DNA of 64,000 nt from Longimicrobiales bacterium (lineage in GTDB: Bacteria; Gemmatimonadota; Gemmatimonadetes; Longimicrobiales; Gaopeijiaceae): NCBI GenBank assembly GCA_965226375.1, contig CBDDCX010000008.1:1664001-1728000 (forward strand). The letters run 5' to 3'. The notes under the pieces are model-generated. The model was not told where the DNA came from. It made no database searches and saw only the letters and a list, made by a program, of their open reading frames with translations. The position numbers and the translations under genes were made by a program. Position 1 is the first letter of the stretch. Every line of letters begins with the position of its first letter. Shown here piece by piece: positions 49,415 to 59,994 of the stretch.

Positions 49415-50872
49415 GTGTCCGACGGCATGGATGGCCGGCTGTGGATCGACAACGCCAGGGAGGACGCGGCCTCGGGCCGTACCTTCGAGACGGTGAACCC
49501 CGCCACGGGTGAGGCCATCGCATCTGTGGCCGAGGGCGCGGAGGCAGACATCGACCGGGCGGTGGTGGCAGCCCGAGCGGCTCTGGTCTCCCCCGAGTGG
49601 CGCGGCATGGATGCGCACCGAAGGGCGGAGATCCTGTGGCGCTTGGGCGACCTCATCGAGGCGAACGCGGACGAACTGGGTACGATGGAAACCCGGGACA
49701 ACGGGAAGCCCATCTTCGAATCACGGCAGGTGGATCTACCGAGCGTGGTGGGAAACTTCCGGTACTTCGCCGGATTGGCGGACAAGATCCAGGGCGAGAC
49801 GATACCGGTCAAAGGCCCGTTTCTCAACTATACGCTGCGCGAGCCCGTGGGCGTGGTGGGATGCATCGTGCCTTGGAACTTCCCGCTCTCCCTGGCCACG
49901 TGGAAGGTCGCTCCGGCCCTCGCTTGCGGGAACACGGTCGTCCTGAAGCCAGCGGAGGAAACCCCCCTTACCGCCCTCCGTCTGGGGGAACTGGCGGCGG
50001 CGGCGGGACTTCCGGCCGGAGTGCTGAACGTGGTTCCAGGATTCGGTGAGACCGCGGGGGCCGCATTGGTCCGTCACCCCGGGGTGGATGCCGTCGCCTT
50101 CACCGGGTCCACCGAGGTGGGCAAGACGGTCATGCGTGAAGCCGCTGACACCCTCAAGAAGGTCTCGCTCGAGCTGGGCGGTAAGTCGCCCAACATCGTG
50201 TTCGCGGACGCCGACATGCCCGCTGCGATCCGGGGTGCCACCACGGGCATCTTCTATGGAAAGGGAGAGGTGTGCGCGGCCGGATCACGTGTTCTGGTGG
50301 AGCGGACCATCTATGAAGCTTTCGTCGATGAATTTGCCGCCCGAGCCGAAAAAATGACGGTTGGTGATCCCATGGGACCCAAGACCCGTCTCGGGGCCAT
50401 CGTGTCCGAAGCGCAGCTCGAACGGGTGCTCGGCTACATCGATGCGGGCAAGTCGGAGGGTGCCCGCCTGGTCACGGGAGGCGAGCGGACCCAGGTAGAT
50501 GGTCGGGGCAACTTTGTCACGGCGACCGTCTTTGCGGACGTGGACGCCGACATGAAGATCGCCCAGGAAGAGATCTTCGGGCCAGTCGCTGCCGTGATCC
50601 CCTTCGACGACATGGCGGATGCCATCGAAAAGGCCAATAGCACCGTCTACGGCCTGGCCGCCGGCGTCTGGACGCGTGACGTCGGCAAGGCCCATCGGGT
50701 CGCGTCGGAGGTACAGGCCGGCACCGTTTGGATCAACACCTACAACCAGTACGACTCTGCCTCTCCCTTCGGTGGCTTCAAGCAGAGCGGCTTCGGCCGA
50801 GATCTGGGATATCAGGCGGCCCTCGAGAAGTACACCCAGACCAAGAGCGTTTGGGTAGCCATAGATCGGTGA
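49415..50872 (+). CDS. NAD(P)+-dependent aldehyde dehydrogenase
   Basis: [34 protein letters not shown]. Confidence 0.95.
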   Translation: MSDGMDGRLWIDNAREDAASGRTFETVNPATGEAIASVAEGAEADIDRAVVAARAALVSPEWRGMDAHRRAEILWRLGDLIEANADELGTMETRDNGKPIFESRQVDLPSVVGNFRYFAGLADKIQGETIPVKGPFLNYTLREPVGVVGCIVPWNFPLSLATWKVAPALACGNTVVLKPAEETPLTALRLGELAAAAGLPAGVLNVVPGFGETAGAALVRHPGVDAVAFTGSTEVGKTVMREAADTLKKVSLELGGKSPNIVFADADMPAAIRGATTGIFYGKGEVCAAGSRVLVERTIYEAFVDEFAARAEKMTVGDPMGPKTRLGAIVSEAQLERVLGYIDAGKSEGARLVTGGERTQVDGRGNFVTATVFADVDADMKIAQEEIFGPVAAVIPFDDMADAIEKANSTVYGLAAGVWTRDVGKAHRVASEVQAGTVWINTYNQYDSASPFGGFKQSGFGRDLGYQAALEKYTQTKSVWVAIDR

Positions 50873-52071
50873 CCAAGATGAAGACGGCATGGATCGTTGA
50901 TGCGGCACGCACCCCCATCGGCCGGCACGGAGGCGCTCTTGCGTCCGTCAGACCCGACGACCTGGCGGCATGCGTCATCCGGGCGCTGGTCGAGCGGACC
51001 GGTGTCGACCCGGCAGACGTAGACGACGTGCTCCTCGGGTGTATCAATCAGGCGGGCGAGGACAACCGGAACGTCGCCCGTATGGCGCTCCTTCTCGCCG
51101 AACTCCCGGTTAGCGTTCCGGGAGTCACTGTAAACCGCCTGTGCGGCTCGGGCCTCCAGGCCGTGAATTCAGCCTTTCACGCCATCCAGGCGGGTGAAGG
51201 AGAAGTCTTCATCGCGGGCGGCGTGGAGAGCATGAGCCGCTCCCCCTTCGTGATGCTCAAGCCCGAGCGTGGCTACAGCCGCGGGAATCCTGAGACTGCG
51301 GACACGGTCTTGGGCTGGCGCTTCACAAACCCGGCAATGCCCAGCCACTGGACCATCGGCCTGGGCGAGACGGCGGAGGTGGTCGCCGAGGAGTTCGGGA
51401 TCGGACGCGAGGAACAGGACGCCTTTGCCGCAGAAAGCCAACGGCGAGCCGAACAAGCCATGGAGGCCGGTCGCTTCGACGCGGAGATCGTTCCGGTGGA
51501 GATTCCGCAGCGGAGGGGCGATCCCGTGGTGGTCGACCGGGACGAGCACCCCAGACCCGGTACCACGGCTGAAGACCTGGCCCGGCTGCGCCCAGCCTTC
51601 AAGAAGGGGGGCACGGTCACAGCCGGCAACGCCTCTGGGATCAACGACGGCGCCGCGGCCCTCCTGGTCGTCGAGGAGAGCCGGGCCCGGAGCCTCGGGC
51701 TCGAGCCCATGGCAAGGGTCGTCGCCTCTGGAGTGGCGGGAGTGGAGCCCCATCGCATGGGTATGGGTCCGGTCCCCGCGGGACGACTGGCGTTGCGCCG
51801 CGCTGGCATGGCGGCCGGCGACCTGGACCTGATCGAGTTGAACGAAGCCTTTGCTGCCCAGGCACTTCCTTGCATGCGGCAGCTCGATCTGGATCCAGAA
51901 AACGTGAATGTAAACGGCGGAGCCATCGCCCTGGGACACCCGGTGGGTTGCTCGGGAGCCCGCATCCTCACAACTCTTGTACATGAAATGTCGAGACGAG
52001 AATCCGTCACCGGGATGGCGACCATGTGCATCGGCGTCGGTCAGGGCATCGCGACAGTAGTGTCGACATGA
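50869..52071 (+). CDS. Thiolase (PcaF/PaaJ-like)
   Basis: [40 protein letters not shown]. Confidence 0.92.
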   Translation: MTKMKTAWIVDAARTPIGRHGGALASVRPDDLAACVIRALVERTGVDPADVDDVLLGCINQAGEDNRNVARMALLLAELPVSVPGVTVNRLCGSGLQAVNSAFHAIQAGEGEVFIAGGVESMSRSPFVMLKPERGYSRGNPETADTVLGWRFTNPAMPSHWTIGLGETAEVVAEEFGIGREEQDAFAAESQRRAEQAMEAGRFDAEIVPVEIPQRRGDPVVVDRDEHPRPGTTAEDLARLRPAFKKGGTVTAGNASGINDGAAALLVVEESRARSLGLEPMARVVASGVAGVEPHRMGMGPVPAGRLALRRAGMAAGDLDLIELNEAFAAQALPCMRQLDLDPENVNVNGGAIALGHPVGCSGARILTTLVHEMSRRESVTGMATMCIGVGQGIATVVST

Positions 52072-52934
52072 CGACCCCTTTCGAGCGAGTCTCCGTTCTC
52101 GGCGCAGGCACGATGGGTCATGGAATCGCACACGTGTGTGCCTCCGTCGGTGTGCAAACCACCCTGTACGACATCGACTTGTCCCAGGTGGAAGCCGGGT
52201 TCGAGCGCATCCGAGCCAACCTCGATAAGGGCGTTTCCCTCGAGAAGATCACGGCAGAGGAGCGGGACGCGACGTTGGGGCGGATCGAACTGACCTCCGA
52301 GCTCGCCTACGCCCTCGAACACACTCCCCTGGTGATCGAGGCGGCTCCGGAGTCGATAGAGATCAAGCTGAATCTCTACCGACTGGTTGAGCAGAGGGTG
52401 GGAGAAGATACGATCTTCGCGACGAACACGTCGTCGCTGAGCATCTCCAAGTTAGCCGCAGGCCTGGAGGCTCCCGATCGCTTCGTGGGCATGCACTTCT
52501 TCAATCCTGTCCACATCATGAAGCTCGTGGAGGTGGTCACGGGTGAGCTGACCTCGGACGAGACCACGAAGATGGTGGTAGACTTCGCTCGCTTCATGGG
52601 CAAGGAGCCCATCGTTGTGAAGGATTCGCCGGGATTCGCTTCGTCGCGGCTCGGCATTGTCCTGGGCCTCGAGGCCATACGCATGGTCGAGGCGGGCGTG
52701 GCAAGCCCGAGTGCGATCGACAAGGCCATGATGCTGGGCTATCGGCATCCCATGGGCCCCCTCAAGCTCACGGACGTGGTCGGTCTCGACGTTCGTCTGG
52801 ACATCGCCCAGTATCTGCACCGGACGTTGGAGTCCGAGGCCTTTCGACCGCCGGATCTGCTCAAACGGATGGTCGCAGAGGGTAAGCTGGGCAAGAAGAC
52901 AGGCGAGGGATTCTACCGCTGGGAAAAGGAATGA
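52068..52934 (+). CDS. 3-hydroxyacyl-CoA (3-hydroxybutyryl-CoA) dehydrogenase
   Basis: [38 protein letters not shown]. Confidence 0.93.
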   Translation: MTTPFERVSVLGAGTMGHGIAHVCASVGVQTTLYDIDLSQVEAGFERIRANLDKGVSLEKITAEERDATLGRIELTSELAYALEHTPLVIEAAPESIEIKLNLYRLVEQRVGEDTIFATNTSSLSISKLAAGLEAPDRFVGMHFFNPVHIMKLVEVVTGELTSDETTKMVVDFARFMGKEPIVVKDSPGFASSRLGIVLGLEAIRMVEAGVASPSAIDKAMMLGYRHPMGPLKLTDVVGLDVRLDIAQYLHRTLESEAFRPPDLLKRMVAEGKLGKKTGEGFYRWEKE

Positions 52935-53710
52935 GCGACGCACCCCTCCTCTTGGAGCGCGATGGGGCGCTGGGCGTTCTCACGCTCAATCGCCCCGACA
53001 AGCTCAACGCCCTGAACCAGGATCTTCGTCAGCGCATCAAGGACGCGCTCCACGAGCTGGCCCACGATCCGAGCGTCAAGGTCGCCATCATTCACGGCCA
53101 AGGTGAAAAGGCCTTCATCGCCGGGGCAGACGTCTCAGAATTCGCGTCGCGCACCGCGGCGGAACAACGAGAGGTCTACCAGAACCCGCGGGTGTACGAC
53201 GTGGCGGCGGCTTTCCCAAAGCCGTTGATTGCGGCGATCCACGGATTCTGCATCGGGGGCGGTTGCGAACTGGCGCTCGCGTGCGACATCCGGGTGGCCG
53301 ATCGGACCGCGCGTTTCAGTCAGGCCGAGATCCGGTTGGGCCTCATTCCTGGTGCCGGCGGTACACAGCGTCTCGCCCGCTTGGTGGGGGCCGGTCAGGC
53401 CATGCGAATCGCCCTCACCGGTGACTTTGTCGAGGCTGAAGAGGCGTTTCGTATCGGACTGGTAGAGTTCTTGGTCGATGATGGCCAACACCTGGAGAAG
53501 GCTCGTGAGCTGGCCGGGCGTATGGCTCGCTGGAGCCCCGTGGCACTGCGCCTGGTAAAGCAATCCGTTCAGGCCGCCTCCGAGACTCCCCTCGCGGCCG
53601 GGCTCGACCTCGAGCGGGAGCTGTTCCTCTCGGCGTTCGCCAGCGACGACGGGCGCGAAGGGGTGCAGGCGTTCGTGGAGAAGCGAAAGCCGGAATTCAA
53701 GGGCCGATGA
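52931..53710 (+). CDS. Enoyl-CoA hydratase
   Basis: AFIAGAD, GGGCELALACD, EIRLGLIPGAGGTQRL. Confidence 0.92.
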   Translation: MSDAPLLLERDGALGVLTLNRPDKLNALNQDLRQRIKDALHELAHDPSVKVAIIHGQGEKAFIAGADVSEFASRTAAEQREVYQNPRVYDVAAAFPKPLIAAIHGFCIGGGCELALACDIRVADRTARFSQAEIRLGLIPGAGGTQRLARLVGAGQAMRIALTGDFVEAEEAFRIGLVEFLVDDGQHLEKARELAGRMARWSPVALRLVKQSVQAASETPLAAGLDLERELFLSAFASDDGREGVQAFVEKRKPEFKGR

Positions 53711-53744
53711 CACCGGACTCCGTACGATCCGTCGGATCAAGCGC

Positions 53745-54092
53745 ATGAGCGACACCCAGGCACCTCGAGGCGACACTACCGGGACTCAGGCCGAGCTGGA
53801 AGCGCTGCGGGACCGCATCATGCAGTTGGACGACGAGATCATCCGCCTCATCGGAGAGCGACGTACGGTCGCGATCGAGATCGGCCGCGTGAAACAGGAC
53901 CTGGATCTTCCGGTGCTCGATCCGGCCCGTGAAGCGCTAGTCGTACGCCGCGCTGCTGAGAGGGCTCGGGAACTGGGCGTCGATCCGGAGCTAGCCCGGG
54001 ACGTGGTCCGGCGCATCATTTCGGGCGCCCGCCGGGCCCAAAGTGGAGACCCTTCCCGGGCAGGGTCCGGCACATCCGATTCGACCGACTAG
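53745..54092 (+). CDS. Chorismate mutase (AroQ type II), second copy
   Basis: LRDRI..LD..II.LI.ER, IGRVK, DPARE. Confidence 0.85.
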   Translation: MSDTQAPRGDTTGTQAELEALRDRIMQLDDEIIRLIGERRTVAIEIGRVKQDLDLPVLDPAREALVVRRAAERARELGVDPELARDVVRRIISGARRAQSGDPSRAGSGTSDSTD

Positions 54093-54134
54093 CCGAAAGG
54101 GAGAGGGAGATCAGGCAACGTCGGCTACCTCTCG

Positions 54135-54293
54135 TCAGTCGGGGCGGCGGAGCCGCGTTAGGCGCGGCGGAGCCGCGTTAGTCGGCGCGGCGGAGCCGCG
54201 TTAGTCGGCGCGGCGGAGCCGCGTTAGTCGGCGCGGCGGAGCGGCGTTAGTCGGCGCGGCGGAGCCGCGTTAGTCGGCGCGGCGGAGCCGGCG
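54135..54293. repeat. 23-bp tandem repeat, about 7 units (TTAGTCGGCGCGGCGGAGCCGCG)
   Basis: Units start at 54135, 54158 (20 bp), 54178, 54201, 54224, 54247 and 54270. No spacers. Confidence 0.95.
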
Positions 54294-55265
54294 ATCGGGC
54301 ATGCCCAAGGCGGCTACCACCTGAGGACCTGCGCCAACAGGCACACGGAGAGGATACGCCGCGCCCGGAGGTGTCATGTCCCTGATGAGCTGAGGGTTGA
54401 ACTCGTGCATGCGCGCCGTCGACACGCCCACGGACTCTGCCACGCCCTCGAGTCACGTTCCCCCCGGAGTCCAGACGATGTCGTACGTATACGGCTCCGC
54501 ACGGGTGACTGCGAATCCGTACTTCGAGGCGTAGCGAGCCAAGTACGTAGCGGCTACGAGCTTGGGTACGTACTGGGCCGTCTCCGGTGGTAGGTGGTCC
54601 ACTATCTCCCAGTACAGGCTCTCGTCACCGACCCGTCCACCCGCATGTCGGTTGAGGGCACGGGACACACGGGTGGGACCCGCGTTGTATGCCGCGGATG
54701 CCAGATACCAGGAGCCGTACCGCTCGTACAACTCCTCCAGGTAGTCGAGCGCGGCGTCGGTGGCACGGACCGGGTCACGTCGCTCATCCACGTAGGAGTC
54801 GATGCGTAGACCGTACGCCAAAGCCGTCGGGCTCATGAACTGCCAAACGCCGAGGGCCGAAACATAGGACCGAGCGCTCGGAACGAATCCGGACTCTATC
54901 GCGGCCAGATACAGCAATTCCTCAGGCATACCGCGCTCGCGGAGCTTGGCCGTGATCATGTCCGAGTAGAGGCCCGCCCTCGAGAGAATCTCCTCGAACG
55001 CCTTCTTCTCCTCGGTGACAAACCGACGGGTCCAGTATTCGACCCGCTCGTTCTGATGTAGAGGCAATTGGGCCGATGCCAACTCACGCTCGATGTCGGC
55101 GAGCACCACCGGCACGACCTCTTCACTCAGCCAGCCGGAGTCGTTGACTACGTCATCTCCGTCGTCGAAACCCCACCCGGCGGCAAGAAACGCCGCGGTC
55201 AGCACGAGTGCCGCGCCACGAACCACTCGCCTCAGCCATTTATCGCATATCGCTCTGGAGTACAT
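54270..55265 (-). pseudogene. MltD-like lytic transglycosylase (SLT plus LysM-like tail) with an in-frame TGA at 54453-54455
   Basis: IESGF, GVWQFM, AAYNAG, ETAQYV. The same frame continues past TGA as LEGVAESVGVS...FNPQLIRDMTPP..YPLRVP. Confidence 0.8.
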
Positions 55266-55401
55266 ACCACCCTCCTTATTTATCTGTCTCGCACACCGTA
55301 CGAGCCGATCCTTCAAAAAGATCCACTCCGTCCGCCCAAATCAGGTACGGGTCCGAAAAGATCCAGGATCCTGTGTCTTGTTCAATTCTACTGCGAGGCA
55401 T

Positions 55402-55442
55402 AAAGAAAGCCCGCTTCGCAGGGCCTCCCCGCGAAGCGGACT
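55402..55442 (-). terminator. Rho-independent terminator after rpmA
   Basis: CCGCTTCGC / GCGAAGCGG stem followed by TTTCTTT on the minus strand. Confidence 0.8.
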
Positions 55443-55460
55443 GGTAACGTCTTTAGGGAA

Positions 55461-55727
55461 CTACTCGCCCGAGGCGATCGATGGGTACACCGACACGGCC
55501 TTACGCCGACGGTAGGTCTCGAACTTCACCACGCCATCTGCGGTGGCGAACAGCGTGTCGTCTCTTCCCTTGGACACATTATTGCCCGGGTGGAACGGCG
55601 TACCACGCTGGCGAATGATAATGCTGCCAGCGCTGACCCATTCTCCTCCGTATCGCTTTACGCCGAGCCGCTTCGGATTGCTGTCGCGGCCGTTTCGGCT
55701 CGAGCCCACGCCTTTTTTATGTGCCAT
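55461..55727 (-). CDS. rpmA: 50S ribosomal protein L27
   Basis: [24 protein letters not shown]. Confidence 0.99.
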   Translation of the reverse strand: MAHKKGVGSSRNGRDSNPKRLGVKRYGGEWVSAGSIIIRQRGTPFHPGNNVSKGRDDTLFATADGVVKFETYRRRKAVSVYPSIASGE

Positions 55728-55766
55728 GCGATGTCCCTCGGAGTATCGCTCCGGATGTCGGTGCGC

Positions 55767-56078
55767 CTAGAGCTTGATGTCGGCAATCCGAATCTCGGTG
55801 AACTTCTGACGGTGTCCCTGCTTCTTGCGGTAGCCCTTCCTGCGCTTCCGTTTGAACACGATGATCTTCTTGTCCTTGCCGTGGCGGAGCACTTCGGCGG
55901 TTACCTTGGCGCCACTCACCAGAGGCTGTCCCACTGAGAGCGCTGATCCGTCCGAGGCAAGCAGAACCTCATCGAACGAGATCGTGCTTCCCTCGTCCGC
56001 TTCCAAGGACGGAATCCGGAGCCTTACGCCCGGTTCCGCCCGGAACTGCTTACCACCTGTCTGAAAAACCGCGTACAT
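55767..56078 (-). CDS. rplU: 50S ribosomal protein L21
   Basis: MYAVFQTGGKQF, KRKRRKGYRKKQGHRQ. Confidence 0.98.
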   Translation of the reverse strand: MYAVFQTGGKQFRAEPGVRLRIPSLEADEGSTISFDEVLLASDGSALSVGQPLVSGAKVTAEVLRHGKDKKIIVFKRKRRKGYRKKQGHRQKFTEIRIADIKL

Positions 56079-56164
56079 GCTGTGCCTCGATGGCAGTACA
56101 GTGTCATCCACTAGAGCCTTAAAATCTCACGAAAATGAAGGGACTGGTCAAGATGTGGCCAGAC

Positions 56165-57688
56165 TCATGCAGCTGCGTAGCGAGCCGTCACGTCCGTCTC
56201 CGCCGCACCCGAGAGGATTCGGAACTCGTCCTCTCTGAGTAGCGGGTCGTCCCTCATGTCCAGCGACAGCTTGGTATGGCGTCGCAATCTTCGTAGGAAG
56301 TCAGGCTCGTCTTCCAGGATGCGCAGGGTCACCTCGGGATGCATCCGAATCATGATCTTCCGTTCCTCACCCCTGGCTGTGACCCTCGAGAGACTTCTCT
56401 CGATCTGCCGGACGACGGTGGCCGGAGTGTACACCCGCCCCCCACCCTCACAGTGGTCACAGTGCTTTGTCAGGGAAGTGAAGAGAGACGGCCGTACCCG
56501 CTGTCGTGTCATCTCCACCAGCCCCAGCCCGGAAACCTCGAAAGCCTTGGTCCGAGCGCGATCGCGTGCGAGGTGGGTTCTGAGCTCCTGGAGGACACGA
56601 TCGCGGTTCTGTTGGGACTCCATATCGATGAAGTCGCACACGATGATTCCCCCGATGTCGCGCAGCCGAAGCTGGCGGGCGATCTCACCCGCGGCGTCCA
56701 GATTGGTCTTGAGGATGGTGCGCTCGGCATCCTTCTTACCGGTGTAGCGGCCCGTGTTGACGTCTATGGACACGAGCGCCTCGGTCGGCTCGATGATGAT
56801 ATAGCCGCCCGAGGGCATGATCACCTTCTTCTGGAACGCCGCCTGAATGCCTTCTTCGACCCCGTACTTGTCGAAGAGTGCAACCGGGTCCGAATAGAGT
56901 CGCACTCGGTCCTTCAGGTCAGGGGCCACGTTCTTCACGTACTGCAGGATCTCGTTGTAGACGGCCTTGTTGTCGACCGTAATCGACTCGAAGCGATTGC
57001 TGAAGAGGTCGCGAATGACCCCACTGATGAGCTTAGCCTCGCGGTGCAGGAGCGCCGGAGCCTTCACCCCATCCTTCTTCTTGAGGATCTTCTTCCAGAT
57101 CGCGTGGAGGCGCTTGAAGTCCTTCTCGAAGGTGTCCTCGTTGAGCTCCTCGCTCACGGTACGGACGATGATCCCGCCGCTATTCTTGGGCAGAATGCTC
57201 TTGGCGAGCTTGCGCAGCCTGGAGCGCTCGTCACGATCCTCGATCTTTCGACTGACGCCCACGTGGGACGAGCCGGGCATGTAGACCAGAAATCGGCCCG
57301 GGAGCGAGATCTCGGCGGTCAGGCGAGGTCCCTTGGTACTGATGGGCTCCTTGGTGACCTGTACGATCACCTGCTGGCCCTTCTTGATCATGTCCTGAAT
57401 GGGGGGATACTTCTTCGGGCGCCGCCGTCTCCCTCCCCCGCCGTTGTCCTCGTCGTCTTCACCCGTCTCGACGTCCGAGACGTGAAGGAATCCCGCCTTG
57501 TCCGTTCCGATATCGACGAAGGCGGCTTGAATACCGGGCAAGACCGCTTCGACCTTGCCTAAATAGATGTCACCGAGCAAACGCCCTTGATCGGGCCGGT
57601 CGAACAATATCTCGACCAACTGCTCGTCTTCCATGAGCGCCACCCACGATTCGTGGGCCGAAGCGCTCACGAGGATTTCTCTCCTCAA
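56165..57688 (-). CDS. Rne/Rng-family ribonuclease (RNase G-length)
   Basis: S1 domain, KEPISTKGPRLT, IDVNTG, LRLRDIGGIIVCDFIDM, C..C.G.G. Confidence 0.93.
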   Translation of the reverse strand: MRREILVSASAHESWVALMEDEQLVEILFDRPDQGRLLGDIYLGKVEAVLPGIQAAFVDIGTDKAGFLHVSDVETGEDDEDNGGGGRRRRPKKYPPIQDMIKKGQQVIVQVTKEPISTKGPRLTAEISLPGRFLVYMPGSSHVGVSRKIEDRDERSRLRKLAKSILPKNSGGIIVRTVSEELNEDTFEKDFKRLHAIWKKILKKKDGVKAPALLHREAKLISGVIRDLFSNRFESITVDNKAVYNEILQYVKNVAPDLKDRVRLYSDPVALFDKYGVEEGIQAAFQKKVIMPSGGYIIIEPTEALVSIDVNTGRYTGKKDAERTILKTNLDAAGEIARQLRLRDIGGIIVCDFIDMESQQNRDRVLQELRTHLARDRARTKAFEVSGLGLVEMTRQRVRPSLFTSLTKHCDHCEGGGRVYTPATVVRQIERSLSRVTARGEERKIMIRMHPEVTLRILEDEPDFLRRLRRHTKLSLDMRDDPLLREDEFRILSGAAETDVTARYAAA

Positions 57689-57888
57689 TGTACTTTTCTC
57701 CTTGGTCGGCTACTCGCGGCCAATCTCGCCGGTGCGCCCACTCCGCCCCGGCCTCGGGCCTCCCACGTTCTGGGGAGGAGCGAAGCCGGCCGCAGCATGG
57801 GCGGCCCGCGTAGCGCACGTTATCCGCGCGCGCACCGCGCGCTTACAGCGCTCGGTTGGCGAGCCAGCGGCCCGAGTATGCTTCCCTG

Positions 57889-59115
57889 TTATGCCAGCGC
57901 CGATCCGTCGAACATCTCCTTGATGAGCTGTCGACCGATCACCAAACGCTGAATCTCGTTAGTTCCCTCACCGATCTCGCAAACCTTGGCGTCGCGCATC
58001 ATGCGCTCCACCGGGTAGTCGGCGGTGTATCCCGCTCCACCCATGATCTGGACCGCGCTCTGCGTGGCTCGCATGGAAAGCTCAGAACAGAAGAGCTTGG
58101 CCATGGCGGCCTCCTTCATGAACGGTCGGCCCTGATCCTTGAGCCAGGCTGCGTGGTACGTGAGGTGTTTACCTGCTTGAATGTCTGTGGCGATGTCCGC
58201 CAACTGAAATTGGACGTTCTGGAAGTTCCAAATCTTCTCTCCAAACTGCTCGCGCTCGTTCGAATACCGCATTGCTGTCTCAAACGCTCCCTCGGCCAAG
58301 CCTAGAGAGAGGGCCGCAATGCCGATCCGACCGGCGTCCAGGGTTTTCATGAAGTTGATAAAGCCCTGTCCCTCTTCACCCAGCCGATCCTCTTCGGGAA
58401 CGAGCGCATCCTCCATGATCAACTCCCGAGTATCAGAAGCTCTCCACCCCATCTTGTCCTCTTTCTTGCCCGCCCGCACCCCCTCGAGGAACGGAAGGCT
58501 GTCATCGTGTCCGAAACCGAGCGATCGGGTCCGCTCTAAGTCCACCGTCGGCTTACACACGATGAAGCTCGAGATTCCCGCGGATCCTCGATCGGGCTCG
58601 GTCACCGCGGTGATCGTGAAGATCTCTCCCACACCCGCATGGGTGATGAAGATCTTCGATCCGCTGACACGGTATCCTCCGTTCTCGCGAACGGCACGCG
58701 TCAGCGTTCCGCCCGCATCGGAGCCGGCTCCCGGTTCGGTGAGCCCGAACCCACCGAGCACCTTCCCGCTGGCCAAGGGCGGCACGTACTTCTCCCGCTG
58801 AGCGTCACTGCCGAACTGCAGGATGGGAGAAGTGCCCAGTGTGGTGTGGGCGGAAACCGTAATAGCGTGGCTCGCGTCGACCTTGGCGAGCTCCTCGACC
58901 ACCAGAATGTAACTCAAGTAGTCACGGCCCATACCCCCGAGCTCACTGGGGACCGGTACGCCGAGCAAGCCCATCTCCCCCATCGCCTTGACGCTTTCCC
59001 AGGGAAAGTTCGTCGACTCGTCGGCTTCCCGGGCGTGGGGCGCAACGCATTCTCGGGCAAAGGCCCGCACCTCTTCCACGAGGTTGTTGTGCTCTTCTGA
59101 CAGATATCTATGCAT
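57889..59115 (-). CDS. Acyl-CoA dehydrogenase
   Basis: FGLTEPGAGSD, GSKIFIT, KMGWRAS, REQFG, EIGEGTNEIQR. Confidence 0.95.
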   Translation of the reverse strand: MHRYLSEEHNNLVEEVRAFARECVAPHAREADESTNFPWESVKAMGEMGLLGVPVPSELGGMGRDYLSYILVVEELAKVDASHAITVSAHTTLGTSPILQFGSDAQREKYVPPLASGKVLGGFGLTEPGAGSDAGGTLTRAVRENGGYRVSGSKIFITHAGVGEIFTITAVTEPDRGSAGISSFIVCKPTVDLERTRSLGFGHDDSLPFLEGVRAGKKEDKMGWRASDTRELIMEDALVPEEDRLGEEGQGFINFMKTLDAGRIGIAALSLGLAEGAFETAMRYSNEREQFGEKIWNFQNVQFQLADIATDIQAGKHLTYHAAWLKDQGRPFMKEAAMAKLFCSELSMRATQSAVQIMGGAGYTADYPVERMMRDAKVCEIGEGTNEIQRLVIGRQLIKEMFDGSALA

Positions 59116-59544
59116 ACGGTTCTTTGGCACCGAAGATTCGTTTCGACACTCGCCGGCCATTCTTGTCACAGAGGTCACAGCCTCCACAAGCCGCTGTCAC
59201 GTCCCCGAAATAGTCGAGGAGCACCGCTCGCCGACACCGGCCGGCGGCGGCATATTTCCGAACGGCTCCAAGACTTGCCAGGGCACCCTCCCGCAGTCGG
59301 CGAGGGCCCGCCCAGTCTGGATTACCGGGTCGTAACGCGACGTCCAACAGCTCGTGCCCAGAGTCGCTCTCCGACTCCGATTCCGACAAGCAACTCGGCT
59401 CTTTGTTACCCACAAGGCACCGTTCAGAGCCCCGCGGGCCGGATCCGCGGTAGACTCGTACGGCTCCGATCCCCTCTCTGCCAACGTACGTGAGACACGG
59501 AGCACGCAAAGAATTAGAGTAGGGCGAAGGCAGAGAAAACGAAC

Positions 59545-59994
59545 ATGTTGGGACTGCGAGAGAGAATGGCAGAGAATGGTAGTGCCCCTGGAACCGGGGA
59601 GGCCAAGCGAAGCGCGGCAGCTCCTGCGGACCCGGAGGTAGTAGATAGGCCGCTACGGCGGCGGTTCAGTCCGTCGTACAAGCTGCGGATCGTCGAAGAA
59701 GCGGACCGGTGCACCGAGCCCGGCGAGGTGGGTCAAGTCCTGCGGCGAGAGGGCCTGTACTCGTCGCACCTGACGACGTGGCGCAAGGCGGCGCATAGCG
59801 GGTCGCTGAAGGCCCTGTCGAAGAAACGCGGCCGCAAGCCGGAGCGAAATCCGCTGGATGAGAAGGTACGCAAGCTGGAGCGGCGAAACGCACGGCTCGG
59901 GAATGAGCTCAGGAAGGCACACCTGATCATCGACGTGCAGGGAAAAGTTGCGGGGCTGCTGGGGATAAGCCTCGACGACGGGACAAACTCTTGA
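59545..59994 (+). CDS. IS3-like transposase OrfA
   Basis: Same translation as 47876..48325. Confidence 0.9.
   Translation: MLGLRERMAENGSAPGTGEAKRSAAAPADPEVVDRPLRRRFSPSYKLRIVEEADRCTEPGEVGQVLRREGLYSSHLTTWRKAAHSGSLKALSKKRGRKPERNPLDEKVRKLERRNARLGNELRKAHLIIDVQGKVAGLLGISLDDGTNS

Noticed and set aside
54135..54293. CRISPR array
   Set aside because: Repeats are head-to-tail with no unique spacers, and there are no cas genes in the window
54453..54455. Selenocysteine codon
   Set aside because: The position is a non-catalytic linker in a family without a redox cysteine, and no SECIS could be supported
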